Below are positions 46,818 to 56,060 of a stretch of 64,000 nucleotides of DNA, one piece after another. The stretch lies in contig CAAGDD010000007.1 of the NCBI GenBank assembly GCA_900768545.1, positions 25,709 through 89,708 on the forward strand, written 5' to 3'. The DNA comes from Clostridia bacterium (GTDB lineage Bacteria > Bacillota > Clostridia > Christensenellales > UBA1242). Numbering within the stretch: the first letter of the stretch is position 1; each line of letters starts with the position of its first letter. The notes beneath the pieces were generated by a model. It was not told the origin of the DNA, made no database searches, and saw only the letters and a list, made by a program, of their open reading frames with translations. The position numbers and the translations under genes are program-made.

Positions 46818-49427
46818 GTGGAAAATTTTTATAAATGTTCTATATCCGAAAGTTTAAATTTACTTTCGTCAAAAAAATCGGGGCTTTCAAAAAACGAAGC
46901 CGAAACGCGTTTGCCACAAGCAAAAGAATTTGCTCTTCAAAATGAAAAACATTCTTCATTTCTTTCAAAGTTTTTGGCGCAAATTAAAGACCTTATGATT
47001 TTGATTTTGCTTGTTTCGGGAGTTGTGTCGATTGTGATCGGCATTATTGAAAAGGCGAGCAGCGAGATCGTTGACGGCAGCATTATTTTGGGGATCGTTG
47101 TTATGAACGCACTTTTTGGTGTCTTTCAAGAGTGTAAAAGTGAAAAAGCGGTTGATAGTTTGAAAAAGATTTCGCAGCCACAAACGCTTGTTTTGAGAGA
47201 TGGACAAATTTTAAAAATCAAAACTGACGAAATTGTTTTGGGCGATGTAGTGTGCTTGCAAGCGGGCAGCATTGTGCCAGCAGATTTGCGATTGATTGAA
47301 AGTTCAAATCTTGCGATAAACGAATCGACGCTCACTGGCGAAAGCAAAGCGTCAAAAAAATATGCTGACAGCCTTTATGAAAAAGACGTCGCTTTGGCGG
47401 ATCGAAAAAACATAGCTTATGGAGGAAGTGCTGTCGAAAGTGGACATGCCAAAGGCGTTGTGTTTGCGATTGGCAAAGAAAGCGAGATTGGAAAGATTGC
47501 TCAAAGTTTGAAAGAAACAAAAAAAGAACTTACACCACTTCAAAAAAACATTCAAAGCGTTGGAAAGATTTTGACATATATAATTTTGCTTATGGCGGCG
47601 GTTGCTTTTGTTTTGGAAACGATATCAAACCCAAATCAAATTTTGCGTTCGTTTTTGACGGCGGTGGCGATCTCGGTGGCGGCAATTCCTGAAAGTATGC
47701 CGGCGGTCATCACGATCATTATGAGTCTTGGAATTTCAAAATTGTCAAAGCAAAAAACGATTGTCAAGCACATGCCAGCGGTCGAAACGCTTGGTTCTTG
47801 CGATGTGATTTGCTCGGACAAAACTGGCACAATAACTCAAAATTGTATGAAAGTTGAAAAATTTTTCACTTTTTTCGAAAAAAATGGCAAAAATTTTGAT
47901 ATTTTTCTAAAAACAATGATTTTGTGTAACGATTGTTTTGTTGGTGAAAAAGATTTTGTTGGTGGTGCAACGGAAATTGCACTTGTTAAATTTGCTCAAA
48001 GTCAAGGCTTTTCAAAAACAGAATTAGACAAAATATATCCGCGTGTTGACGAGATAGGTTTTTCGTCAGAGCGAAAAATGATGTCAACTTTAAATGATGT
48101 TGACGGCACAAAAGTTTGTTTTGTTAAAGGTGCACTTGATCGCGTTTTGTCAAAGTGCGAATTTTATCTCGATAATGTCACAATAAGACCACTTGACGAC
48201 CAAGTCAAACAAAAAATAATGAGAGAAAACAAATTGATGTGTGATGACGCGCTGCGTGTGATAAGTTTTGCTTTCAAGACAAATAATTCTCAAAAGATTG
48301 ATGAGAGTGGGCTTATATTTTTGGGACTATGCGGACTTCAAGATCCGCCAAGACCAGAAGTTTTTAAAGCGGTCGAAGATTGTAAAAAAGCGCACATGCG
48401 ACCAATTATGATCACGGGAGATTTCAAAGATACTGCTTTTGCAATCGCCAAAAAGGTCGGCATTGCCACAAGGGTTGATCAGGTCATTTCTGGGCAAGAA
48501 CTTGACGGGTATTCCGATGAAGAATTTTTGAAAATCGTTGAAACAAAATGCGTGTTTGCGCGTGTCAGCCCAACTCACAAAGTCAAAATTGTTGAAGCGT
48601 TGAAAAAGTGCGGACACATTGTCGCGATGACCGGCGACGGAGTCAATGATGCTCCAAGTTTAAAAAAAGCTGACATTGGCATAGGAATGGGAAAGAGTGG
48701 AACAGATGTGGTCAAAGATGTTGCGGATATTTTGATTACTGATGACAATTTTGCAACAATTATTATTGCGGTCAAAGAAGGAAGAAAAATTTATAGCAAT
48801 ATTCAAAAGACGATCAAATATTTATTCTCGGCAAATATGGCGGAAATTTTGGCGTTGTTTTTCATCTCAATTATCTTCCCAGGAAAGACATTTTTGTTGC
48901 CGGTTCAAATTTTGTTTGTAAATCTTATCACCGACTCATTGCCGGCGATCGCGCTCGGCGTCGAGCCAGTTGAAGAGTCTGTTATGTATGAAAAGCCGCG
49001 AAGCAAAAATCAAACGCTATTTTCAAACGGACAAGGCGTTTCAATTTTGATTTTGGGCGCGATTCAAACAATTTTGACACTGTCGGCATATTGTTATGGA
49101 CTCTTTGTTCACAACGAGCAAATCGCGATCACAATGGCGTTTTACACGCTAAATTTTATCCAACTTTTTTATATGTTTACAGCACGCACAAAGGGGAGTT
49201 GTTTCAAAACAAATCCTTTCAAAAACAAGTTTTTTAACGCTGCACTTTTTGTCGGATTTGGACTTTTGGCACTTATGATTTTCACCGATCTTGGTAGTCT
49301 TTTAAAACTCCAACCATTGTCGCTAGGGTGCTGGCTTGTGGTGCTTTCGCTGTCAATTTCGATCATCTTTATTGGCGAAATTTACAAATTGATTGAAAAT
49401 AAAACAAGAAAACAAAAATTGCATTAG
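46818..49427 (+). CDS. P-type cation-transporting ATPase (P2/Ca2+-type likely)
   Basis: GTG start with GGGAGA upstream. TGES, phosphorylation site CSDKTGTITQN, TGDGVNDAPSLKKADIGIGMG, and 10-TM-type topology. Ion specificity was not determined. Confidence 0.9.
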   Translation: MENFYKCSISESLNLLSSKKSGLSKNEAETRLPQAKEFALQNEKHSSFLSKFLAQIKDLMILILLVSGVVSIVIGIIEKASSEIVDGSIILGIVVMNALFGVFQECKSEKAVDSLKKISQPQTLVLRDGQILKIKTDEIVLGDVVCLQAGSIVPADLRLIESSNLAINESTLTGESKASKKYADSLYEKDVALADRKNIAYGGSAVESGHAKGVVFAIGKESEIGKIAQSLKETKKELTPLQKNIQSVGKILTYIILLMAAVAFVLETISNPNQILRSFLTAVAISVAAIPESMPAVITIIMSLGISKLSKQKTIVKHMPAVETLGSCDVICSDKTGTITQNCMKVEKFFTFFEKNGKNFDIFLKTMILCNDCFVGEKDFVGGATEIALVKFAQSQGFSKTELDKIYPRVDEIGFSSERKMMSTLNDVDGTKVCFVKGALDRVLSKCEFYLDNVTIRPLDDQVKQKIMRENKLMCDDALRVISFAFKTNNSQKIDESGLIFLGLCGLQDPPRPEVFKAVEDCKKAHMRPIMITGDFKDTAFAIAKKVGIATRVDQVISGQELDGYSDEEFLKIVETKCVFARVSPTHKVKIVEALKKCGHIVAMTGDGVNDAPSLKKADIGIGMGKSGTDVVKDVADILITDDNFATIIIAVKEGRKIYSNIQKTIKYLFSANMAEILALFFISIIFPGKTFLLPVQILFVNLITDSLPAIALGVEPVEESVMYEKPRSKNQTLFSNGQGVSILILGAIQTILTLSAYCYGLFVHNEQIAITMAFYTLNFIQLFYMFTARTKGSCFKTNPFKNKFFNAALFVGFGLLALMIFTDLGSLLKLQPLSLGCWLVVLSLSISIIFIGEIYKLIENKTRKQKLH

Positions 49428-49450
49428 AAATAATGCAATTTTATTTTTGC
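49419..49450 (+). terminator. Rho-independent terminator overlapping the ATPase stop codon
   Basis: Stem TTGCATTA / TAATGCAA with loop GAAA, then a T-rich run. Confidence 0.7.
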
Positions 49451-49475
49451 ATTTTGGCTGAAATTGTGCTAAAAT
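49447..49475 (+). promoter_or_regulatory. Candidate promoter of holB, with the -10 ending 6 nt before the ATG
   Basis: TTGCAT (49447-49452), 17-nt spacer including TG, then TAAAAT (49470-49475). The ATG is at 49482 and there is no SD in between. Confidence 0.4.
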
Positions 49476-49481
49476 CATATT

Positions 49482-50438
49482 ATGAGTCTTACAGAAATAA
49501 TAAAAAATCAAGATTTTTTTAAAAATATTGTTACAAAGCACGAAAACAAAACATTGGCAAACGCAATGCTGTTTTTTTGCAACGATGAAAAAACGAGTGA
49601 AGTTTCGATGATTTTGACCGCGTTGATGATGGAATATCAAATGTTTGATTTGTTCAATGAAGAAAGTGCTCAATTTTTGAAAATTCAAAAGGGACTTGAT
49701 CTTGATATAAAAGTTTATCCAAAAAACGACGAAAAGTTGTTGGTTTCAGATTCGAATGAAATTGTGAGCGAAACTTTTATCAAGCCGGTCAATCTTGAAT
49801 ATAAAATTTTCATTATCAAAAATTTTGACAATTCGACCGAAGAAGCGCAAAACAAACTTTTGAAAGTTTTGGAAGAACCACCAGAAAATGTTTATTTTTT
49901 GTTGAGTGCAAAAAGTGAAGAGAGAGTTTTGCCAACGATCAAAAGCCGCTGCGACAAAATGACGATTTTGCCACTTTCACAAGAAGATATTTTGAAAATT
50001 TCGACCGATCGAAACGCGGTTATTTTGGGTGACGGCTATGCGGGGAAAACTGCATCGCTTGCTCAAAAAGACAATCTTGGCGATCTTGTTGAGTTTGGAA
50101 TAAGTCTTTTCACTGTGCTTAAATCGAGCAAACAAGTTTTGCAATTTTCGAAAAAATTTTTGGATCAAAAAGACGATCTTGATTTGATTTTGGAGATTAT
50201 GTCTTTGGCGATCGAAGATATCATCAAAATCAAGTGCGAAAGCGAAAATTTGTGCAAGTTTAAAAATTACACCGAAGACTTGAAGTCTGTCGAACCCGAA
50301 TTTTCTGTTGAAGCACTTTGTGAAATCTCAAAACTCATTCTCAATTTGAGAGAAAAAATCGAATTTAACGCAAATTTAACTGTCGCAGTTGACAATTTTT
50401 TGCTTAAAATTTTGGAGGTTAAATATATATGCAAGTAG
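49482..50438 (+). CDS. holB: DNA polymerase III delta-prime subunit (HolB-like, degenerate P-loop)
   Basis: 318 aa with the clamp-loader fold pattern (NKLLKVLEEPPENVYFLL, LPTIKSRC). It lies directly upstream of yaaT, as in B. subtilis. Confidence 0.75.
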   Translation: MSLTEIIKNQDFFKNIVTKHENKTLANAMLFFCNDEKTSEVSMILTALMMEYQMFDLFNEESAQFLKIQKGLDLDIKVYPKNDEKLLVSDSNEIVSETFIKPVNLEYKIFIIKNFDNSTEEAQNKLLKVLEEPPENVYFLLSAKSEERVLPTIKSRCDKMTILPLSQEDILKISTDRNAVILGDGYAGKTASLAQKDNLGDLVEFGISLFTVLKSSKQVLQFSKKFLDQKDDLDLILEIMSLAIEDIIKIKCESENLCKFKNYTEDLKSVEPEFSVEALCEISKLILNLREKIEFNANLTVAVDNFLLKILEVKYICK

Positions 50439-51250
50439 AAGTAGTGGGCATAAAATTTAAAAATTCAAATCATATTTATTCGTTTGAGCCAAACGGGCAC
50501 GAACTGAAAAATGGTGATTATGTTTTGGTTGACACCGAAAAAGGCACAGACCTCGGCGTTGTTGTCAAAGAAAAATATCAAATCGACGCGACAAGTCTTT
50601 CTTCGCCACTCAAAAAAGTTTTGAAGATAGCGTCAAAAGAAATGGTTGAAAAGGCCGAAGAGTATGACAAAGAAGCGCAAAAACATTATAGTGAAGTCAA
50701 AAAAATCGTCAAAGATTTTGGTCTTGAAATGAAAATTGTTAAAATCGAAGCAAGTTATGACAACAGCAGATATATCATCAATTTTACATCAGAAAATAGA
50801 GTTGATTTTCGTGAACTTGTCAAAAAACTTGCCGAAACACTCAAAAAGCGTGTTGAACTTCGCCAAATTGGAAGTCGTGACGAAGTGCGAATGCTGGGCG
50901 GCTTCGGTCCTTGCGGAAAGGTGTGCTGCTGCGCTCAAAATATGGGTGAGTTTGATCACGTTTCGATGAAAATGGCAAAAAATCAAAGTTTGTCACTCAA
51001 TCCTGCCAGCATTAGTGGTCTTTGCGGAAAGCTTATGTGCTGCATCGCATATGAAAACAATGTTTATCAAGAAGCAATCAAACTTATGCCAAAGGTTGGC
51101 ACAATTGTTTCGACCAAAGACGGCAAAGGTCAGGTTGTTTACAACAATCTATTGAAAAAACAAATCGATGTCAAGTTTGTCAAAGGTGAAGATGTCGAAG
51201 TGAAAACTTATCCACTTGAAGAAGTGTCATTTAAAAAGGAAGAAAAATAA
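50429..51250 (+). CDS. ricT: PSP1-domain protein YaaT/RicT (stage 0 sporulation protein)
   Basis: VVGIKFKNSNHIYSFEPNG at the N terminus and the Cys cluster CGKVCCC...GLCGKLMCCIAYE. GGAGG lies upstream. It overlaps the holB 3' end. Confidence 0.85.
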   Translation: MQVEVVGIKFKNSNHIYSFEPNGHELKNGDYVLVDTEKGTDLGVVVKEKYQIDATSLSSPLKKVLKIASKEMVEKAEEYDKEAQKHYSEVKKIVKDFGLEMKIVKIEASYDNSRYIINFTSENRVDFRELVKKLAETLKKRVELRQIGSRDEVRMLGGFGPCGKVCCCAQNMGEFDHVSMKMAKNQSLSLNPASISGLCGKLMCCIAYENNVYQEAIKLMPKVGTIVSTKDGKGQVVYNNLLKKQIDVKFVKGEDVEVKTYPLEEVSFKKEEK

Positions 51251-51969
51251 TGATTTTGCAAGACGGAGAAAGACTTGAAGACTTGCAATGCGGCGGGCTG
51301 AAAATTTTGCAAAACAAAAATCTATATACTTTTACAAGTGATAGCGTGATTTTGGCAAACTTTGTCAAAACAAAAAAGAACGATTTTTGTGTTGAAATTG
51401 GCGCAGGCAGCGGAGTGATTTCGATTCTGGTCAACGCCAAAAACAATTTGAAAAAGATTGTCTGCTTTGAAATTCAGCCACAAATGGCACAACTTTGTCA
51501 AAAAAATATCGAGTTAAACAATCTTGTCGAAAAAATTGAAGTGATTTGTTGTGACGCAAAGAAACAAGGTGTGGTCGCAAAAGAAAGTGTTGATATAATT
51601 TTTTCAAATCCGCCATATTTTAAAGAAACAAATTTTGTTCAATCTCAAGTCAAAAAAATCGCAAAAGAAGAAGTTTGCCTGTCTTGCCAAGATTTGGTCT
51701 TGACCGCGTCAAATTTGCTTAAAAGTGGTGGGGTGTTTTATGCGTGTTACAGCGCCGAGCGCTCGTGCGAACTTATTTCACTTTGTCAAAAAAATCGACT
51801 TATGGTCAAAGAAATGTTTTTTACAGAAAACGGAAAAGGTGATGTAAAACTTGTTTTTATCAAGGCTGTCAAAGACGCAAAAAGTGGCGTTAAAGTTTTG
51901 AAAAATCTTGTCACAAATGATCAAAATGGAGACTATCTTGAAATTTTAAAAACCAAATATTTTATATAA
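51250..51969 (+). CDS. SAM-dependent N6-adenine methyltransferase (YabB/TrmN6-like tRNA methyltransferase)
   Basis: SAM-binding VEIGAGSGVISI and catalytic IFSNPPYF. The gene order holB-yaaT-yabB matches B. subtilis. Confidence 0.75.
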   Translation: MILQDGERLEDLQCGGLKILQNKNLYTFTSDSVILANFVKTKKNDFCVEIGAGSGVISILVNAKNNLKKIVCFEIQPQMAQLCQKNIELNNLVEKIEVICCDAKKQGVVAKESVDIIFSNPPYFKETNFVQSQVKKIAKEEVCLSCQDLVLTASNLLKSGGVFYACYSAERSCELISLCQKNRLMVKEMFFTENGKGDVKLVFIKAVKDAKSGVKVLKNLVTNDQNGDYLEILKTKYFI

Positions 51970-51981
51970 AATATCAAAAAA

Positions 51982-52015
51982 ACACAAAAAAATCGAAAAT
52001 TTTGTGTTTTTTTAT
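51982..52015. terminator. Terminator between convergent methyltransferase and spmB genes
   Basis: Stem ACACAAAA / TTTTGTGT with a 10-nt loop, then T7. Confidence 0.6.
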
Positions 52016-52053
52016 TAAAAATTAATGTTTTTTGTCAATTTTTTATTTTTTTG

Positions 52054-52560
52054 TTAAATAAATCTGCAAATATAGCAAGCAAATATTGTGCCAACAAATG
52101 AGCAAACCAGAGCAACAGGAATTGCATATAAAAGTTTTTTCACTTTTGTTTGAGAGATGTAAACTGTGGTCACATAAAAAATTGTTTCGCTGCAACCCAT
52201 TATCACACATGCGCATCTTGAAATGTAACTATCGACGCCATAGGTTGTGAAAATGCTATCCAAGATCCCATAACTTCCACTGCCGGTGAAAGGGCGAAGC
52301 AAAACAAGTTCGCACAGCTCGCTGGGAATTCCAAAAAAATTAAAAATCGGCGACAATAGTGATGCTAAAAAATCTGTTATCCCACTTACTCTCAAAAGTG
52401 CAACGGCGATTAAGATTGATGCGATAAAAGGAAAGATGTCGATTGACAATTTTATTGCACCTTTTGCACCTTTGACAAAACAGTCATAGGTGTTGATTCT
52501 TTTGAAAATGCAATAAACAAACAAAAACAAAAAGAAGATTGGCAAGATGTAGCTGCTCAT
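52054..52560 (-). CDS. spmB: Spore maturation protein B
   Basis: 168-aa polytopic protein with TYDCFVKGAKGAIKLSIDIFPFIASILIAVALLRVSG, resembling B. subtilis SpmB. It overlaps spmA by 4 nt. Confidence 0.8.
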   Translation of the reverse strand: MSSYILPIFFLFLFVYCIFKRINTYDCFVKGAKGAIKLSIDIFPFIASILIAVALLRVSGITDFLASLLSPIFNFFGIPSELCELVLLRPFTGSGSYGILDSIFTTYGVDSYISRCACVIMGCSETIFYVTTVYISQTKVKKLLYAIPVALVCSFVGTIFACYICRFI

Positions 52561-53132
52561 TTGCGTCTTCTCCTTTTACGGAGAATTTTGTCAATCAAAT
52601 GCACCAAAACGATCCCTAAAATTGTGGTCAAAATCGTGGCAAGAAGTGTCGGCAAAATTATGTCGGCGGGATTTGTCGAGCCGGCACTTGTGCGAAGCCC
52701 GATGATAGTTGTTGGCAAAAGTTGGATCGATGTTGCGTTTATGACAATCAGCATAATCATTGAAAAATTTGCTTTTCCGCTTTTGTCGTCAAGACTTTGC
52801 ATTGCCTTTATCCCCATTGGAGTTGACGCGTTTCCAAGCCCGAGCATATTTGCGGACAGATTCATCGCGATATATTTTTGTGCTTGCTCGTCTTCGACTT
52901 TAAAAACTCTTCTTATAATTGGTCGCAAAAGTTTTGCTAGTTTTTGGCTCAACCCGCTCGCTTCGAGAAGTTCGAGCATTCCAAGCCACACGGCATAGAC
53001 GGCGCAAAGTTCTATGCAGAGTTTGAGCGAACTTGCCGACGCACCGATCATCTCTGACAAAACTGCACTTGGATTTGTAATAAGCAAGACCAATATGCTT
53101 GAAAGCATCATCAAAAGCCAAAAAATGTTCAT
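52557..53132 (-). CDS. spmA: Spore maturation protein A (nucleoside-recognition/Gate domain)
   Basis: MNIFWLLMMLSSILVLL start typical of SpmA, in a polytopic protein. Start 53132 is preferred over the ORF-track start 53240. The start is uncertain (alternative at 53168). Confidence 0.75.
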   Translation of the reverse strand: MNIFWLLMMLSSILVLLITNPSAVLSEMIGASASSLKLCIELCAVYAVWLGMLELLEASGLSQKLAKLLRPIIRRVFKVEDEQAQKYIAMNLSANMLGLGNASTPMGIKAMQSLDDKSGKANFSMIMLIVINATSIQLLPTTIIGLRTSAGSTNPADIILPTLLATILTTILGIVLVHLIDKILRKRRRRK

Positions 53133-53238
53133 ACTAGATTTTATGAGAAAAAAAGATAAAAAAGACATATTTTGGCACTTTTTGTTTTTCGAAAGCAAAG
53201 ATGTTGACATATTTTTATTATTTTGATAAAATTTTGAC

Positions 53239-54000
53239 ATGGAATTTGTGGATACTCACGCACATTTAAATGATGCGGCATTTGAAGATTTAAACGAAGT
53301 TGTCAGCTCGGCGGAAGAAAATTACACAACGAAAATCGTGTGCTCTTCGGTTGATGTTTTGTCGTCACAAAAGGCGATTGAAATCGCGCATAAATTTTCA
53401 AATGTTTGGGCGACGGTCGGCATTCATCCAGAAAATCTCGAAAATTTTGATGAAAAAATGCTTTTTGACATAAAAACTTTGGCAAAAGATGAAAAAGTTG
53501 TTGCGATTGGCGAGATTGGTCTTGATTATCATTTTTCTATCGACACAAAAAATCTTCAAAAAGAAGTGTTTGAAAAACAAATAAATTTGGCAAATGAGTT
53601 GAATCTTCCAATCGTTGTTCATAGTCGTGATGCAATGGGGGACACGATCGAAATTTTGCAAAAAAACACACCAAAACGCGAAAGTGTGCTTCATTGTTAT
53701 GGTGGCAGTGTCGAAAGTGTAAAAATTTTGCAAAAACTTGGCTTTTCGTTTTCGTTTGGTGGTGTTTGCACATTTAAAAACGCAAAAACTATGGTTGAAG
53801 TGATAGAATTTTTGCCTATTGAAAAAATTTTGCTTGAAACAGACTGCCCTTATCTTGCACCAGAGCCATTTAGGGGAACAAAAAACGAGCCTAAAAATGT
53901 AAAATACATTGCTGACAAAATTTCAAAAATCAAAAACATTTCTTTGGAAGAAGTCGCGCGTATTACATCACAAAACGCTAAAAGGATATTTAATATATGA
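53239..54000 (+). CDS. tatD: TatD-family metal-dependent DNase/hydrolase (YabD-like)
   Basis: MEFVDTHAHLND, GEIGLDYH, PIVVHSRDA and ETDCPYLAP. Confidence 0.9.
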   Translation: MEFVDTHAHLNDAAFEDLNEVVSSAEENYTTKIVCSSVDVLSSQKAIEIAHKFSNVWATVGIHPENLENFDEKMLFDIKTLAKDEKVVAIGEIGLDYHFSIDTKNLQKEVFEKQINLANELNLPIVVHSRDAMGDTIEILQKNTPKRESVLHCYGGSVESVKILQKLGFSFSFGGVCTFKNAKTMVEVIEFLPIEKILLETDCPYLAPEPFRGTKNEPKNVKYIADKISKIKNISLEEVARITSQNAKRIFNI

Positions 54001-54782
54001 AAGATTTTGTTTTCAAAAAAAAGTTTGGACAAAACTTTATTAGTGACAAAAATTTGTTAAACGCTATCGCAGACGATGCAGAAGTGACCAAAAATGACCA
54101 AGTGCTTGAAATCGGTGCTGGTGCGGGAAGTTTGACTTCAATTTTGAGTGGAAAAGCAGAAAAAGTTATCTCTTTTGAAATTGACAAAGATTTGACTGAT
54201 CATCTTTTGGGACTAAACCTTAAAAACGTCGAATTTGTTTTTGACGATTTTATGAAAAGTGATATGAGCGAAATTGAAGCGAAGTTTGACAAAAATTATA
54301 AAGTTGTTGCAAACTTGCCATATTACATCACCACACCAATCATCTTTCGTTTTTTTGAAGAAGCTACAAAACTTGATAGTTTGACAATTATGGTGCAAAA
54401 AGAAGTTGCCGAGCGTGTCTGCGCAAAAGAAGGTGGAAAGGATTATGGCATCTTGACTGTTATGGCAAATTTTTATGGCTCGCCAAAAATTGCACGCATC
54501 ATAAATCGTCAAATGTTTTATCCACAGCCAAATGTTGACTCTGCACTTTTGGTGATAAAAATTGACAAAAACAAATTTCAAGATATTGACAAAAAACGAT
54601 TTTCACTTTTTATAAAAACTTGTTTTTCAATGAGAAGAAAAACTTTGTTAAACAATCTTTCATCGCTTTATAGCAAACAATTTTTGACCGAAACACTTGA
54701 TGAAAAAACTTTGAAAAAACGCGCCGAACAATTTTCGCTTGATGAATTTGTTGAGATTTTTAAAAAGTGTGAAAAAATATAA
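53997..54782 (+). CDS. rsmA: 16S rRNA (adenine1518/1519-N6)-dimethyltransferase
   Basis: KKKFGQNFISD, VLEIGAGAGSLT and ANLPYYITTPI. It overlaps the tatD stop by 4 nt. Confidence 0.9.
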   Translation: MKDFVFKKKFGQNFISDKNLLNAIADDAEVTKNDQVLEIGAGAGSLTSILSGKAEKVISFEIDKDLTDHLLGLNLKNVEFVFDDFMKSDMSEIEAKFDKNYKVVANLPYYITTPIIFRFFEEATKLDSLTIMVQKEVAERVCAKEGGKDYGILTVMANFYGSPKIARIINRQMFYPQPNVDSALLVIKIDKNKFQDIDKKRFSLFIKTCFSMRRKTLLNNLSSLYSKQFLTETLDEKTLKKRAEQFSLDEFVEIFKKCEKI

Positions 54783-54930
54783 TTTTTAAAAAATCGCCAA
54801 AAAATATAAAAATTTACAAAAAAATGACAAAATTTTTGATTTTTTGGCGTTTTTTATTGTTTTTTTGATTTTTTTATATTCTAAAAATATTTTCTGTGAC
54901 AAAAAACAAATTTTTAAAATATAAAAATAT

Positions 54931-55119
54931 ATGGATTGTAAAGAAGAAAAACTTGTGCTTTTTGCAACAACGATCGTTTTGCAACTTGCGCGCGGGTGTG
55001 ATTTTGAAGATTTGGAAGATTTGAGAATTGTTATCAATCAAATGTCGTGCACAATAAATTCTCTTATTGCGAGTTGTTATTGTTCGCAAAAACGAAAAAA
55101 TAAAAACCAATCAAAATGA
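54931..55119 (+). CDS. Small Cys-containing hypothetical protein (62 aa)
   Basis: The sequence MDCKEEKLVLFATTIVLQLARGCDFEDLEDLRIVINQMSCTINSLIA resembles a class of small clostridial proteins (M-D-x-C-E..L...A.G....DL..L......L...L..I.A). There is no SD, and the stop lies inside the terminator hairpin. Confidence 0.4.
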   Translation: MDCKEEKLVLFATTIVLQLARGCDFEDLEDLRIVINQMSCTINSLIASCYCSQKRKNKNQSK

Positions 55120-55135
55120 TTGGCTTTTCTTTTTA
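55107..55135. terminator. Bidirectional terminator between small ORF and rplI
   Basis: Stem CCAATCA / TGATTGG with loop AAA, flanked by an A-run on the left and T-runs on the right. Confidence 0.7.
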
Positions 55136-55140
55136 TATAT

Positions 55141-55180
55141 TAAATTATTCAGCTTCGAATTAAATTATTCAGCTTCGACG
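55141..55180. repeat. 20-bp tandem duplication spanning the rplI stop codon
   Basis: TAAATTATTCAGCTTCGA occurs at 55141-55158 and again at 55161-55178. The second copy encodes the last four codons and the stop of rplI on the minus strand. Confidence 0.9.
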
Positions 55181-55608
55181 CACAAAACAAACTTTGCAGA
55201 AATTTCTGGATAAACTTTTGCAACAAGATTATAATTTCCGGTAGCCTTAATAGGTTCTTTCACTTCAATTTTTTTCTTGTCGAGTGTTATGCCGATTTTT
55301 GCAAGAGCGTCAGCAACTTCTTTGCTTGTAACAGATCCGAATGTTTTTCCGTTTTCGCCACATTTGATTTTGAGTGTTACACTTTTGCCCTCTATTTGTT
55401 TTGCTAGTTTTTTCGCAGCGGCAATTTCTTGCGCTTTGTGATATTTTGATGCTTCACTTTGATTTGCGTTTTCGTTCATTGCACTTTTGTCGGCAAGACG
55501 AGCGAGATTGTTTTTAAACAAAAAATTTTTTGCAAATCCGTCAGCAACTTCTTTTATTTCGCCTTTTTTCCCAGTTCCTTTAACATCTTTCAATAATACA
55601 ACTTTCAT
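55165..55608 (-). CDS. rplI: 50S ribosomal protein L9
   Basis: [30 protein letters not shown], 147 aa. AGGAGA lies upstream. Confidence 0.95.
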   Translation of the reverse strand: MKVVLLKDVKGTGKKGEIKEVADGFAKNFLFKNNLARLADKSAMNENANQSEASKYHKAQEIAAAKKLAKQIEGKSVTLKIKCGENGKTFGSVTSKEVADALAKIGITLDKKKIEVKEPIKATGNYNLVAKVYPEISAKFVLCVEAE

Positions 55609-55687
55609 CGCGTTCTCCTTTGAAGTATTTTACAATATTGTTGTTTGTTTTGTCAACATTTGGACAAAATTAAACTTGGAGGATTTT

Positions 55688-55999
55688 ATGGATATTAGAT
55701 GCCGCAAAACAAGTTGCAGATTCAACGACAGTTACACCTGCAAAGCAAATGAAATTTTGATTAAAAAATCTTGCGTTTGCAATGGTTATGAAAAATCAAA
55801 CAAGCCGCCACAAGACAAAACAAAATGGCTTTTTTCTGAAACTCCGCCAAAGTATGCTCCACAAAGAGATTCGGCGACTATCATTATTGATTGCAAGGCG
55901 GACTGCCTTTTCAATCTAAACGGCAAGTGCGTGGCAAACGGCATAACGTTAAACGACATAAAAGAAAAGCCACTTTGCATTACTTTTTTGAAAAATTAA
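55688..55999 (+). CDS. Cys-rich DUF1540-like protein
   Basis: GGAGGA lies upstream of ATG 55688. There are two copies of a C..C....C.A..I pattern: IRCRKTSCRFNDSYTCKANEILI and DCKADCLFNLNGKCVANGITL. The ORF-track start 55487 is antisense to rplI and is rejected. Confidence 0.65.
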   Translation: MDIRCRKTSCRFNDSYTCKANEILIKKSCVCNGYEKSNKPPQDKTKWLFSETPPKYAPQRDSATIIIDCKADCLFNLNGKCVANGITLNDIKEKPLCITFLKN

Positions 56000-56060
56000 A
56001 TTTAATTTTTTCTTTTTGAAAAATGTTGCAATAAAAAAAAATGTATAGTATAATAACATT

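Noticed and set aside
55141-55180. The tandem 20-bp repeat considered as a minimal CRISPR-like or regulatory repeat array.
   Set aside because: There are only two directly abutting copies with no spacers and no cas genes. It is explained as a simple duplication of the rplI 3' end.
55487-55687. N-terminal extension of the DUF1540-like ORF.
   Set aside because: It is antisense to the rplI 5' end. ATG 55688 has a GGAGGA SD and starts the Cys-rich domain.
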